NCBI GenBank assembly: GCA_028023455.1
Contig: JAQFVV010000003.1
Coordinates: forward strand, 12,524,001 to 12,588,000
Origin: Epiperipatus broadwayi
Lineage: Eukaryota > Animalia > Onychophora
Reading direction: 5' to 3'
DNA: 64,000 bases
A program made the position numbers and the translations under genes. Of the stretch, positions 51,251 through 64,000 are shown one piece after another. The notes beneath the pieces are model-generated. The model did not search any database. It was not told the DNA's origin and was given only the letters and a program-made list of their open reading frames with translations. Each line of letters begins with the position of its first letter. The first letter of the stretch is position 1.

Positions 51251-54200
51251 ATGGAATATATATATATGATGATGAATATAAATCCAACCCCTCCTAGATC
51301 AGTCTTGTTTTAAAAACTACTTAAGATAAAGGAAGTGTTACAGATATATTTTAAAAAGGTAAAGATAAGAGCCGATAAACAGGAGCAAAGATTTAGTTTT
51401 AAAGATCTGGTATTATAAATGGCTTAAATGATTGTTATAAGTAAGCTTAGGTCTGAAAGTTTATAAGGCTACACCAGATTGTAAAAAGGGTGGAGTAAAT
51501 TACATGGATCATCCAGATATATGAAATATCTACAAAATTCAGGAATCTTTTCATGCAGATTTTTTAAAAATAATGTATTTTGATCATGTAGTGTAGAGAA
51601 AGAAGGACCAAAAAATAACACGCTAATAGTAGAAAGATAATGATAATGAAATTTGACTTTGCAATGCTTAAATCTAGATAAACTACTGTAGATATAGTGA
51701 TAGTCATTATTCCTATTTTGCCTGAATGAATAAATAAATAAATAAATGATATGTGATGCAGAATGGGACTTTTTCAGACAGACTACTCTTAGATTTTTTT
51801 TTCTTAAATGCTAATTATTGTAATATAAATTTATAACAGTCAGAAGATCTGGTAATATAAAATAGTTTGATTTTAGTGCTAGATTGTTTTTTCTAAGATT
51901 TATTTGTAGTTTAGATAAATTCACTCCCATATAAATCCATATGTATAATATTAGATTCATATAAACATTAGATTGAAACTTTTTGTGTATGTTGTTATAT
52001 TGGGTCCTTTAAACTAGTTATATATATATTATGTAATGGTATATAAATATGCCGTTACATTAATTTAAAATAAAAACTTTAAGTTCACAAATAAAAATAA
52101 ATTTATTAAAAGCTAAAATTAAAGAGTTGTTAAACGTATATATTTGCACAGATGCAAAACTTTAAAAATATTTTTTTTAAAATGAAAAAAAAATAAGTAT
52201 TTGAACGTACTTTTTTATAAAAAAGTACAAGATCTAAAGATAAAATATTTTTGTAAATGGAAATGATTGTTTATTAATTATCAAAAAGCAAACTAGCCCT
52301 TGGGGCTCTTATATAATTAAAAACTCAGAGGAAAGATATAGATAAGAGAATAAAAAGAATTAGCTTGACCAATGGAAGCACCAAGCCTCAGCTCAGACCC
52401 TAATGAAAATGATGGATTAGTGAAGTTTTGTTTGTTGAATCCAGAGGATGATTATAAAAGGAAAAATATTGAAATTAAGGACAGTTCCATCTTGATTTTG
52501 TGAGAAGAGCGATAAGACGCACTTATCATGCTCTCTCACTTATTTCAAATAAAATGACTGAAAAACAGGATTGAACCAGCTAAGGCAGCCTCTGGATTGA
52601 GAACTACGGTATGAACAACAGACCAGTCTTCCAATGGGGACATCGTGGGAATTGGCACCAAGAACTGTGACTCTTCTACTGTAAGCTATTGAACTGAACA
52701 ATTTTAAAATTAAAAGTAATTAAGAACTTTTGTCAAGATTTGATAAGTTTAATAAACAAGCTAAATCTAATTTTTGTAAAATGAACTATAATCTGACTTT
52801 TCCAAATCAATTATTGTTGTTTTTTTTTACATTTAAGTTTGCTAAAAATCATTTCCATTTTTTTTTTTTTTTATTAATATTTATTGTAGAAATTATTAAA
52901 TGCCTTAAATTTAAGTTGGACATCACGTTTAATTACGTTTTTGTTTTCATATATGATTAAAATATGTAGGCATTTGGTAAATAATGATATCTTACGTTGA
53001 ATATCTAAAATGTATTTATTTGGATGTCTTTTTAGTTATTGGTGTCAATGCGGCATCTTATGATGAATGTCATTGGGTTTCTAGTGAATTCCCTCTGCAT
53101 TTACATCAATGACTTTATATTTTGATCATTTATGTTTATGTTGAAATGTTTTTGAGCGTGTAATCTATGTAATCGATCTATGCTCAACATTAAACAACAA
53201 ACTTTTATAAAATCCATCTGTGCAAATTTATATAAATGTTAAATTTAAGTCGGGCATGAATGGCTATATAGATTTGCAAAGTTATATTAATTAATTAGGG
53301 GAGGGTAATCTTAGGTTATTTGTTTCGTAGTTAAATTAGGTCAATGGATTGGATATATTGGTGTAATTAGTAGATGTAGTATGAGATCCGCTACGGGCAG
53401 GGTCGATTTATACACCGCATACCCCCTTGTTGCCTATGGAAGGGATAGTAAGACGAAACGCAGTCCCTTCCTATGGGTTTTTTATTTTTATTGTTCTTCT
53501 TGCCGACAGATGTAGCATTCCTGTTTGGTTGAGAGTCAATATCTTCTCTAACCATACTGTTTAGATGTACATTCCTGTCAGTATAGTATTTAGTGCTGTC
53601 GTATTTTCATGCTACATTGAATACATCAATGTATCAGATGGATTGACGCTGGTTTGACTGCGAACTTTTGGTCTAAGGTTAAATAAGGGATAGAATATTT
53701 TCTTTTCAAATACAATCTATATAGTTTATTCATACTCGACAATCTTAAAATAAATATAAAATTCATCCGTGTGGATGATTTAAAATTTTAAATAATAATT
53801 TATATTAAAAGAATATTAAAATCTAAAATAATAAATGTTATTCCTCAGATTTAAAATGATTATATATGTGCATAAATAAATATTGTTTTTGTGTTAATTA
53901 CTGGCAGTGGCTTTTATTTTTTTTTATATTTAAGATACAAATTAAACAAGTTATATATTATTATCTCTGCGTCTCCACTGAGCTAGTGACTTGGGCTAAT
54001 GGTCTAAATATAAAATAAAGTGGGATCTTAACAGCGCATATCTGCCTACTCTATAAATTTTCTAGGTTCAAATGGCCTAGTGGCGCCCTCGTAGTGCAGA
54101 TGCTGTAAGACTCAACATTCACTTTCTTCAGATCCGCTGTGACCGTTATAATATATATGAGAAATAAAAATAAGCTGTTGTAAAAGTATTAAACTAAAAA

Positions 54201-56705
54201 ACTGAATGACATTTCCTTTTTCTATGTAATTTTTGAGAATTGAAAGAAATAATAAATTATGTTAGTTAATGCTTCTCAAAGGATTTAATATTATCTCTGA
54301 TTGGAATTTGTGTCAGTTCATTTTCTTGTGAATATGTAGAAAGAAAATATGAAGATCTTATTAAAGAATTTTAATAAAGTAACTGTACTTTTTGTGAATC
54401 TAGTATGATATTGTATGAGTGATCTACATTAAAAATACTGGAAAAAAGATATAAAAAAGGATAGATTCATCATGATTTATGAATATAAAGATATTTGAAT
54501 AAAAAGCATATATTAGTGGAGGCAATTGCCTATTCAGTAACAGCTATATAATTTTTTGCCAATAATACTGGCACCACTTATTAGAAAGGAAAGGAATAAA
54601 ATATAGGGCCATTTATTGGAATCTCATTGATTACTTTAAATGAAGTGATTAATATTAAGGGATAAAAATTAATGTATTTAAAATATACCCTGTGTTATCT
54701 ATTAAATGTTGGTTAGAATAAAATCTAATTAAGATCCTGTCTATTTGGTCAGCATTAATAATATTTCACCAATCTTGAAATTCAAAATAGAGAAAAATTC
54801 CTGCATTAATTATAGTTACATCTAAGGAAGGTAAAGAAGATTTACCATTGCCAGTCCAGATATGAATTGAAAATATAAAGCTATATACTGAAAATATAAA
54901 GCTGTTTTAATAATAGGAAATAAATGGGTGGAGGAGAGACCAGGATTTTTTTTAACAATAGAATACTTTTTGGAAAAAATATTTGAAGGCTATTAATAAA
55001 TCAAAAGAAATCTCAGCTTGTATATGAGAATATTTCTTGTGTAATATATTTTATATTTGTTTTAGATCTTTAGTTTACATATAGAATTATTTCAAATGTA
55101 TTTACCTTTCATTATATGGATATGAGTATAAAAATATTAGTATTGTTATTTGAAAAGTTTATGCAGACTAATATAAGATTTATTGTATTATATATAAAAT
55201 AGATTTGTAAATGTATATACTTAACTAGAATCTTCTCAGTAAGGGCTTTTTTTTTTTTTACTATTTCACATATATTTATTTAATTGTTTTGTGCCTCAAA
55301 ATTGTTCATTTGAATCCTTTTTTGCTGAGACCAAAAAACAAATAAAAAATTATTGAGAGTAAAAATAGATATAATAGTTTATATTTATCCAAATGCCACC
55401 AAGACAATACATCAAATATAAAATTAACATCACATTATGAAAGATTTATATAAGACAGCAGGACTGAATCACTACATCAAATGCAAAACTAATCGCCATG
55501 TTACTTAAAACATGTTTCATAAAAAGATAGAGATATTACATTATTTGTGAGTCTTATGTATGTGGTAGTCACTTCAAATTTAATTGTAGAATATTTGTCA
55601 TAAACTTCTTTCAAATATGTTTTTGTATGCACATATATAAATAATTCTTATTACCAAAAAAAAGTCGTACAAGGATTTGCCATTACTTATTCACAGATCC
55701 ACAAACTTTAAGCTTGAAAATTCTGCCTTTCTATATTCTTTTTTCATCAATTTATCAACTGTTCTTATTTTCAATGTGCTCATAGAAGTATCACATATTA
55801 GATAAAATAATAAAAAAGTCTGTCTATTTCAGAGCAATAGCCTTTTTAACAACTAAAAAGGCAGTTATTTTTTATGTGATGAAAGGTTTTAGCTTTTTTT
55901 TAATCTTTCAGTAAAAATATCTAGATATTTATTTGCTAAACAAGCTGAGTTTTCTCCACTTTATATTACATCAGCAGAACAATCGTCTGTGTTTCATTTC
56001 TGACAATAAATTTGGCAGAAACCTTTCTCTTTATACATAGATAATTATATTTGCATACTCTGCCATTCTAAATATTAATGTAAAAAAATATCCATACAGT
56101 ATTTAAATATAAAATTTAATAATATTTATTGTACTGAGTATACTTTTGATACTTTCACATCATGTTCATGGTCAGCCTGCTGAGAACATTAAATTTTGCT
56201 GATTTGAATGCTATTAGTTTTTTGGTTCATTACATATTCTTTTTATGTAATGAACTATGTCTCTTTTATTTTTTGTTTGCGATCGTTTCTCTTTTCGCAC
56301 ATAATTTTAACAGCACCATATCATAGCTATGGTCATGTTCTCTTTCATGAAAGATGGATGAAATTAATATATCAATTTAATAGTGCATGTGTGAAAATTC
56401 ATTTCCTTCCACAAGATTTACATATATATATAAATTGCAAAATTATTTATTTACATATATAATAGTTATATAAATTTAAAAGATCTTAAAAAGATAATTC
56501 AATTCTTCTGTTTTATCTTTCTCTCTATGAACCTTCTACTTCTGCTCAGGCCTGCTATGAACATCATTTTAATCATTAAAAACTAGGTTGTAATGCAAAC
56601 AGTACACAACTATTTGTCTAACCAAATGACTTTCATTCAGATTTTTGGATCTATTGTCTTTCATTTACCCAGCAATCATTTTGTTTTTTATGCTTGAGTT
56701 TAGAC

Positions 56706-59078
56706 CATCGGTTCATAACCTTTTCAGACTCATGGCATACTTAGAATTTTATAAGATTTTTGCTGAACACAATCATAAAATAAAACAGTATATATATATT
56801 TTTATATTGCATAATATATTAAAAATCACATACATAACAGTTTACATATCAGTCAATAGAAAATAATAATCGGTAAACGAAATTTAAAAAAAAAAAAATT
56901 GTCACAAATTTTTTTAATGGGATATTTGGGCCTGATGACTTTTACAATGTGGTCTTATGTGTGAAATAGTTATTCTCATTTCCTCTTCTATATTTGTCAA
57001 TCTTTCACATTTCTTTGTTTTAATATTCGTTAATGTTGAAAAACCAAGCTTGCATAAATACGATGTTGAAAATTTAATAAAATTCTAATCACTTTTTCAG
57101 AAATAGTTTTAAATTCAGGTTGAACAGGAATCCAAAATTCTTCAACTTTTATTTCAGCAAAAATCATTTTGAGAGTACAATCCATTAGCAGCATAATGAA
57201 TTCTTCCTCTTCTTGTAATGAAAACTCATAACTTGATATGTTGACTATAGAAAATGGATTTTGTATCCAATCATAATTTTTGATATTCAATGTGGGAAGT
57301 ATTTTGCAATTTTTTTTTCTAATAATGCTAAATGTTGTGTTATAATAGGAATCATATCATCGATATTATTTTGGACTGAAGGAAACATATCTACTGCCTT
57401 TTTTTTTAATTATGCACATTCTCCAAAGTGATATTTTTTTTTAATGCTGACAGCTTTTTATTTAAATAATTGAAGATATCAGCTAAGTATACCATTTTAA
57501 GATATCAAATATCATTTGTAAGAAAAGTTTTAAAACTATCGCTCCTTTTATTTTGAAAAAACATTGACAGTTCATCCTTAAGTTCCAAAATTCACTTCAG
57601 TACTTTATCTCAGATAACCATCTTACTTCAGTATATAAAAATAAAATTCATGCTGAGGTTCCATAGGTGCACAAAGTTTTTTAAATAGACATGTTTGTAA
57701 GAGTCACAATTTGATCTAGTTTACAATATTTACAATTTGGTCTAATATGGATTTTAATGTCATGGGTAATGTTTTTGAGACAAGTGATTTTCAGTGTAAA
57801 AAACTGCGTAGATATGATATTAGGAAATTTCTTTGCAAAAGTAATAAATTCTTTAATAGAATCAACCATTGAAGGAGCACCATCAGTACAGATTCCTACA
57901 CATTGATCCCATGTTATGTTAAATCCATCTAAATATGGCAAAACAGAATCAAAAATATCCTGTCCTGTTGTATGTTCAGTAAATTATCTGCAGCATAAAA
58001 ATTGATGAAATGAATAAATTCTAGTACATGAGCATGGACTTGTTAATTTGTAAATCAAAGTATTGTTCTGAAAGCTTATTAGTAACTGTTTTCTCAATAT
58101 CATCTGACATATGTATAATTTTGTTTTTTATTGTGTCGTCGGAATGAAGAATTTTTATAATTTCTTTTTTTGCATCACCAAACATAATTTGAACTTTTTC
58201 AAAACTCACTTGTATAAAATCAGATGCTCTGCTATAGTATGTGGTTTTTAATTTTTAGCAATTATTTCAACAACTTTATACATGCAATATTTGCTTTATT
58301 AGATATTGTTACTATTCTTTTAATTTTTTTCCCTTGATTAATTTGATTATTCAACAATCTTTGAAAATAATTATTATCTTTGGACTGGAGATTGGCATGT
58401 TTAGATGTAAAATGCCATTTTAATTTTGCAGGTGCCATTGCATTATTACAAAGCTTTTCTCCACAAACCTTGCAGAGGGAAATTTGACATTCATTTTCAT
58501 CAATATAAGTGAACCTGAAATCTAAATAATCATTGGAATATTGTCTATTGCCCTTTTTTATTTTGTTCTCCCTAAAGCAAGTATCATTATTGATATTACT
58601 TATAGTTGCACTAGCACTATCAATGCTAGAATCATATTTTTGTTTTAGAAATTTGTCCATTTTGCATTTTAAATAATTATTTTTAATTCTTTGGAGGGTA
58701 ATTAGAACTATTTTAATTTTTAGAAGACCAATTTGTCACAAATGAATTTCTCCTTACAAAACAATATATTTTATGACCCTAACAATCTATCTAAAAAGTT
58801 TGACTTACTTGGAAAAAAAAGAAATAACAACAGTACCCTTTTTAGCAAGAAACACATCCATATACTTGGTTGTTGTCATTCAACTGTTTGCACACAGGCT
58901 CCACTCACATGCAAAAGTGAAACAATAACTTTGGTTTTTCATGTTTTTTTTTTGTTTTTTTTTTTTTGTTTTTGTCTTAACTGTTTTAATTTTTCACTGG
59001 TTTTCAAATTTTGGTGGAACACTTTCTCTGAGATCATGGAGCATCACTGTTCCATGGAATACTGGTTAAGAATGTCTG
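56706..59078 (-). mobile_element. Buster-type hAT DNA transposon, full length, decayed transposase (ZBED5/SCAND3-like)
   Basis: TIRs CATCGGTTCATAACC and CAGACATTCTTAACC; perfect 8-bp TSD GTTTAGAC (56698-56705 and 59079-59086) with central TA. ORF fragments carry the zinc-finger region (CKVCGEKLCNNAMAPAKLKWHFTSKH), CVGICTDGAPSM and DWIQNPF. Confidence 0.93.
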
Positions 59079-61074
59079 GTTTAGACTTAGAATTTTGAAA
59101 CTTTCAAGTTATTAGCTCAGATAGTTTTGCAAATAAAATTGATGAATATAATAAACAGTTTCTTCCAACTGAAAGTCATTAAAGTAGAAACTATTTTGGG
59201 GAGCCATTCTGCATTACTATCTACTATCCTTTGTCTAAACCAGTACTTGCATAATTGCCTATAAATGAAAATTAAAGTCATTAAGATTTAATACATGGAA
59301 GAATATTATTTTAAAAAAAGTTAAATTGGAATAGATATAATTAAGAGATAATTTAAGGGAGGAATTGGAATTCTTACAAAAAGCCATGAACACATTATAT
59401 GTAAAAAGAGCAAGCATTGGGTTATAATAGAGAATGAAACTTGTACAGTATTAAGTACTATATATTTTTTCAATTATTCAAAGATGAGGAGTTCTATGAA
59501 CTCTTCAGTATGAATAAAATTAGATAAAATGTGGCAGTAAACATGTGATTAATATAAATTATATCTCCTTATAAAAACTTGAACCTCATTCACCATTCAA
59601 GTCATATATACTATTGACATTAACTTTGATGTCTATCATCAAAAAAATATCCACACATATACTTTTTATTCTGGTATTTGTAATGGTTTTTATATTTTTA
59701 AACCACATATTTTGTGTGTATATTTATATATATTGATATACAGTGTCTGACTTTCTTCATTGCCTAAATGATTTGACTTTGGCTTTCAATTTATAGCAAT
59801 CCATTTGATTTGGTCCTTTAAATCTTGGTAAGGAAAGAAAACTGAAAAAGCCTTCAATATCCAGAAATTCTCTAGAGTCTTGTAGGAATGCTGAAGAGAC
59901 CTTTGCCTTGCTGTGGGCTATTCAAAGATGGTTTACCGTTTTATACTTATGAATATATGCAACTGCTACAAACTATTGTATGCAATATTTTGATTGTAAC
60001 TCTCAAAACTATTTTAACCATGCTATAAATATACACAGATATATATAGTATTAACATATATAGACGTCTTCTTACAAAAGAGCCAGACCGTAAGAATTAT
60101 GATTTGATCTATTTAATTTTCCATAGCAGCAAAATTTTTACCTTTGTCATCATTGACGTCTATTAACAAAACTTTTTTTTTTTTTTAATTTCAAAAATGA
60201 AATTATTTCTATATTTTATTTTAAAGATTTGGATTATCTTGAATTTAATGAGTATATATTATTTTTGTAAACAGAAAGAAACATGCAATATTATTTATTT
60301 ATAAAACCTGATCGTATAGTAGTTAATTAACTATACGTGAATGCAAGCCGTTTATAATATCAGAAAAACAGTTGAACTAAGCTCGTGTGTGCGTGTATAT
60401 TTATATGAACTATATAAATCTTCACACATAAAATGTACGTGGATATATATATATATACGTAAATATATTGTGGTTATATACCTATATACAATTATTACTA
60501 ACAATGCTCAATTATTATTACTTGGTTGTAGTAACTTAATGCCTAATAACTCAGTCTTATTTTTAGCAAAAAATATGCATATATAATATATAAATTTTTT
60601 ATTCATTAAATTTATCAGACAAGAATCTTAATATTGAAATTTATCTTAAAAGTTTCATTTAATATATTTAAATATTTATTTGCATATGGTAATGTAGAGT
60701 AAGTTATTTTAATATTCAATTTTTCATTTTTGAACGAAAAGTTTTAATTGAAAATACACTTAAAAGAAATGCTGTATTCATTAAATATTTATTTTAGTAG
60801 ATTACAATATTTGAAAAAGATTTTTAACCAATCTCTATATACACAGTATCTTCTTTTTTTTCACTTTGAATAGGTTTAATTTAATAATTTATCAATAATT
60901 TCCCGTGAGAATGTGTGTTAACATATAGATATATGTATATTAATAGAGAATGTTTCAATATTGCAATTAAATGTTAATTTACTTATTTTTTTACATTGTA
61001 TTTAATTAAAACACAAAATATTTTTAAAATTATAAATAATAAAAATACAGTACTTTTTTTTTTTTTATGTCAAT

Positions 61075-61147
61075 TGAGTTGACCAAGAAGCAAAGCCGGA
61101 CCAGCTGCTTGGGAAGGCAGCTTTGCTAACCACTAGACCACCAATGC
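61075..61147 (-). pseudogene. Retroposed tRNA-Gly(TCC) copy
   Basis: Same family with a 1-nt insertion in the anticodon loop, TTGACAT plus poly(A) tail, and a 15-bp TSD AAAAATACAGTACTT (61041-61055 and 61158-61172). Confidence 0.85.
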
Positions 61148-61691
61148 TTGACTAAAAAAAAATACAGTACTTATTAATATTTTTTGCAAATATAGTAATT
61201 TTTTTTTCTAAAGAAATGTTTATTTAGTTATCTATTGTATTTAAAGTAAATGGATAATCACATAATTAGTTGCTCAAGAAGCTCTATCACCTAAATGGCA
61301 GTTTGAATACAACTTTTATTCAACTGAACATCCTGGAGTTATTTGATATTTTTTTATTCATCCAAAAATTAATCCAGTAAGCTTCAAGCTTTTGAGTTCA
61401 CTATTCTACCACTGCAATAAAACACATAAAGCTAATGACTATTGTTAAAAGTTTTTTGTTTAAAATTTCATATTACAAAGATCCTTAATTTTACATTAAA
61501 ATGAATTCTGACTTATTTTTTAGTTTAGTAAGCCATTAATAATTTTTGTTATGAAAACTTGTAATTTTTTATATATATATTTACTGAGAAGTGAACTGTT
61601 TTGGTATTGTACATAGTGATATATCTGTTAAAATAATAGTTTATTGTCAAGTTAAATGTTATGTCTCTGCTTAAGCCATTAAATAATAGAG

Positions 61692-61763
61692 ACGTTGGTG
61701 GACTAGTGGTTAGCATAGCTGCCTTCCAAGTAGCTGGTCCGGGTTCACTTCCTGGTCAACGCA
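61692..61763 (+). pseudogene. Retroposed tRNA-Gly(TCC) copy
   Basis: ACGTTGGTGGACTAGTGGTTAGCATAGCTGCCTTCCAAG...CCTGGTCAACGCA, then TTTGACATATG and a poly(A) run. T-loop altered (GGTTCACTT), no T-run terminator, TSD unclear. Confidence 0.8.
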
Positions 61764-63171
61764 TTTGACATATGAAAAAAAAAAAAATAGTAAAGATGAA
61801 ATTGTGCTCAAATTTGGTAATAGGTTTATTTAGTAAATCATGTAAAATTTGTATTATTCTAACACTAATGCCATCTGACATTTCAAAAATCATACTGTAA
61901 AAAAAGTGAATATAATCAATGAAAATTAAATGATGCAAGGCAATTTCTAACCAATTTTTGGTAGAAAATATGATTTGCACTAATGCTAGTCAGAGAGGAT
62001 ACAAAATTGGGGAATATAGTACTGAAGAAACAGTTTTATAAATGGGGATTGAGAAAAGGTGTACCAGAATTGGAACAGTACTTGGACAATAAAGAGTAAG
62101 AAGTTGATGGGATTATTATAAAAGCTTCAGAAAGAGATGTTTATCTTAGTTAATAAGATATTTAGATATATAGTATATGTACAGAAACTTTTGATTTCCT
62201 TGAAGGATAAGCCATTTTATATCACAACTAGAGAGAAGTAAAGTGTATAGAATATTGTTATTTTTCTACATTGTTAACTTATAATTTTAGCTTTAAGTAT
62301 TTCTATAAATTTATGTTACAAAATATCAATTTTTAACCATTGCTTATTCATAATAACAATCATTCAATAAATACATTTGTGATTATTCTTGCATACAATC
62401 TTATATTTCTAGAGAATGTTAATTATTATTTTTATAGTTCAAACAAACAAATCATAGATACTGGTAAATATGTTAGTACTTTCTAATATGCATTTTTGAC
62501 TTACCCAAGTTTCTTCAGTTACATCAAGACATTTGCATTCATTATAGCCACATTCTATTCCTATATTTCAAAATATGACAAAATAGGCTATCAATTTTTT
62601 TTTAGAAAACTGTGTATTTATTTATGTGAATTACTAAAATTATTTGCTGGTTTGGTTATTTATTGTTCATCTTATATTATGTAAGCTAGGGACTTAAGTG
62701 AATTATTATACAAAGTGTTGTTCATTTAACCAGTGTTCATTCATAACAATCTTTTAATGTATACATAAATGATTATCAGTCATTTTTTACTATATTATAC
62801 CTTCTTTTTTTTTTAATTTTAGATAAATTTTTTAAAAATCAAATATATTTACTATTTTCTATAGGCAGTTTTCTTCTAAAATGTTCTTTCTATTCTAGAG
62901 TAAAATCTTATATTTTTGAAAACATCAATTATTATTCTGCATCTTTTAAACATAACAAAACAATTTTTTCACATAATATTTATATAAAGGAAAAAACAAG
63001 CCACTTAAATATATATATTTTTTAAAAAGTATATTACTTATTTTAACTATAAAAAAAAAATAACTTTTGAGATAAGTAGAAGGAACTCTAGACTTTTCTG
63101 AAATAAATCACTTGAGAGGAGTTCTAAGTTGATATTTTTTCTCTCAGTATATCTTTCCCTTAAATATATTA

Positions 63172-63317
63172 CATGCAAAACTCACTATAGTATTGCCACA
63201 AGTCTGGGGCTATTGGATGAGTAGGCACTAGATGGGGATTTTATGCACAAGCCTTCTGGTATCCATTGATTACTCTAGCTTGCTGTGTGTGGCAATACAT
63301 ATAGTGAGTTTTGCCTG
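63172..63317. mobile_element. Copy of the ~150-bp MITE
   Basis: About 30-bp TIRs (gcaaaactcactata.tattgccaca / tgtggcaata.atatagtgagttttgc) around the same core. TSD not conserved. Confidence 0.7.
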
Positions 63318-64000
63318 TTTTAACAACTGTTATACACAAGCATAAGAGGTGGTGGTCATGTGATGTTTATTGGCTTAAATATATTACATTTTATAGATAA
63401 ACATTATCATCTGTTTTGACTGGCTTTCTAAAAATAATTTGATTATATTTAATTTGTAATGTTAATTATGGTTTTTTTTCATGCCTATATGTATGTTAAT
63501 TTTTATAAGTCTCATTTTGATCTTGTGTTGAATTAAATCATACAAAAAAATATTATTTGTGAGAAATTTTGATTGTTTTTAAACAATTACCTTCATTCTG
63601 TAATAAAAAATAATAGAGATATTTTGCGTTGTTTTTTTACATTAAATGCTTTTATTGACCATGCACTAAAAAGTAAAAAATAATTGTTTCTTAATTGAAG
63701 TTTTTAGATTTAACTTGAAATAAAAGTTGGGGGAGGGGAGGTAAATCTAAAAACCCCGATTGTGATTCAAGAAACAATTTTTTTCTTTTTTTTAGTGGAT
63801 ACTTTTAATTGATATACATTTCTACTATAAGTTAAAATATATATTCCTTATGCATATATGATATTTAAACACTAAAAGCCTAAAGCTAAGCTAATCAATA
63901 AAATAATCAAAATTACTCCAAATTTACAACTAACCCAGACTAGTGAAAGAAAATAAATTCTAAAACACAACCAATGGCTTTACTGCTACAAGCAGATTTC

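Noticed and set aside
56925-56975. CTGATGA...GAAA in the hAT end
   Set aside because: No stems I or II; it is the antisense of the transposase C-terminal coding region.
1-64000. CRISPR arrays, prokaryotic operons, and the other short ORFs in the track
   Set aside because: This is eukaryotic intron-type DNA. The repeats are TE-derived, not repeat-spacer arrays, and the other ORFs are low-complexity chance frames or TE fragments.

Overview
Very AT-rich, CpG-depleted eukaryotic genomic DNA. The genes and repeats look insect-like; a large-genome, methylated insect such as a hemipteran is my inference. Two host genes are visible, head-to-head about 0.5 kb apart: a phosducin-like protein 1 gene (PDCL/PhLP1, minus strand, coding exons 1-2) and the spliceosomal cyclophilin PPIL1 (plus strand, coding exon 1). 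I found no further exon of either gene, so most of the window is probably two very long introns filled with decayed transposons: two Buster-type hAT elements with TSDs, RTE LINE remnants, Penelope-type RT remnants, a Gypsy pol remnant, a probable solo LTR, MITEs and three retroposed tRNA-Gly(TCC) copies. Two signals stand out. (1) Several tandem and inverted 330-480 bp arrays carry minimal type I hammerhead ribozyme motifs, in a Penelope pseudo-LTR or retrozyme-like architecture; one array is flanked by a 14-bp TSD. (2) A ~280-nt structured element at 47.3-47.6 kb has RNase MRP RNA-like architecture but no visible Pol III promoter or terminator. All calls come from reading the sequence by eye; no searches were run.
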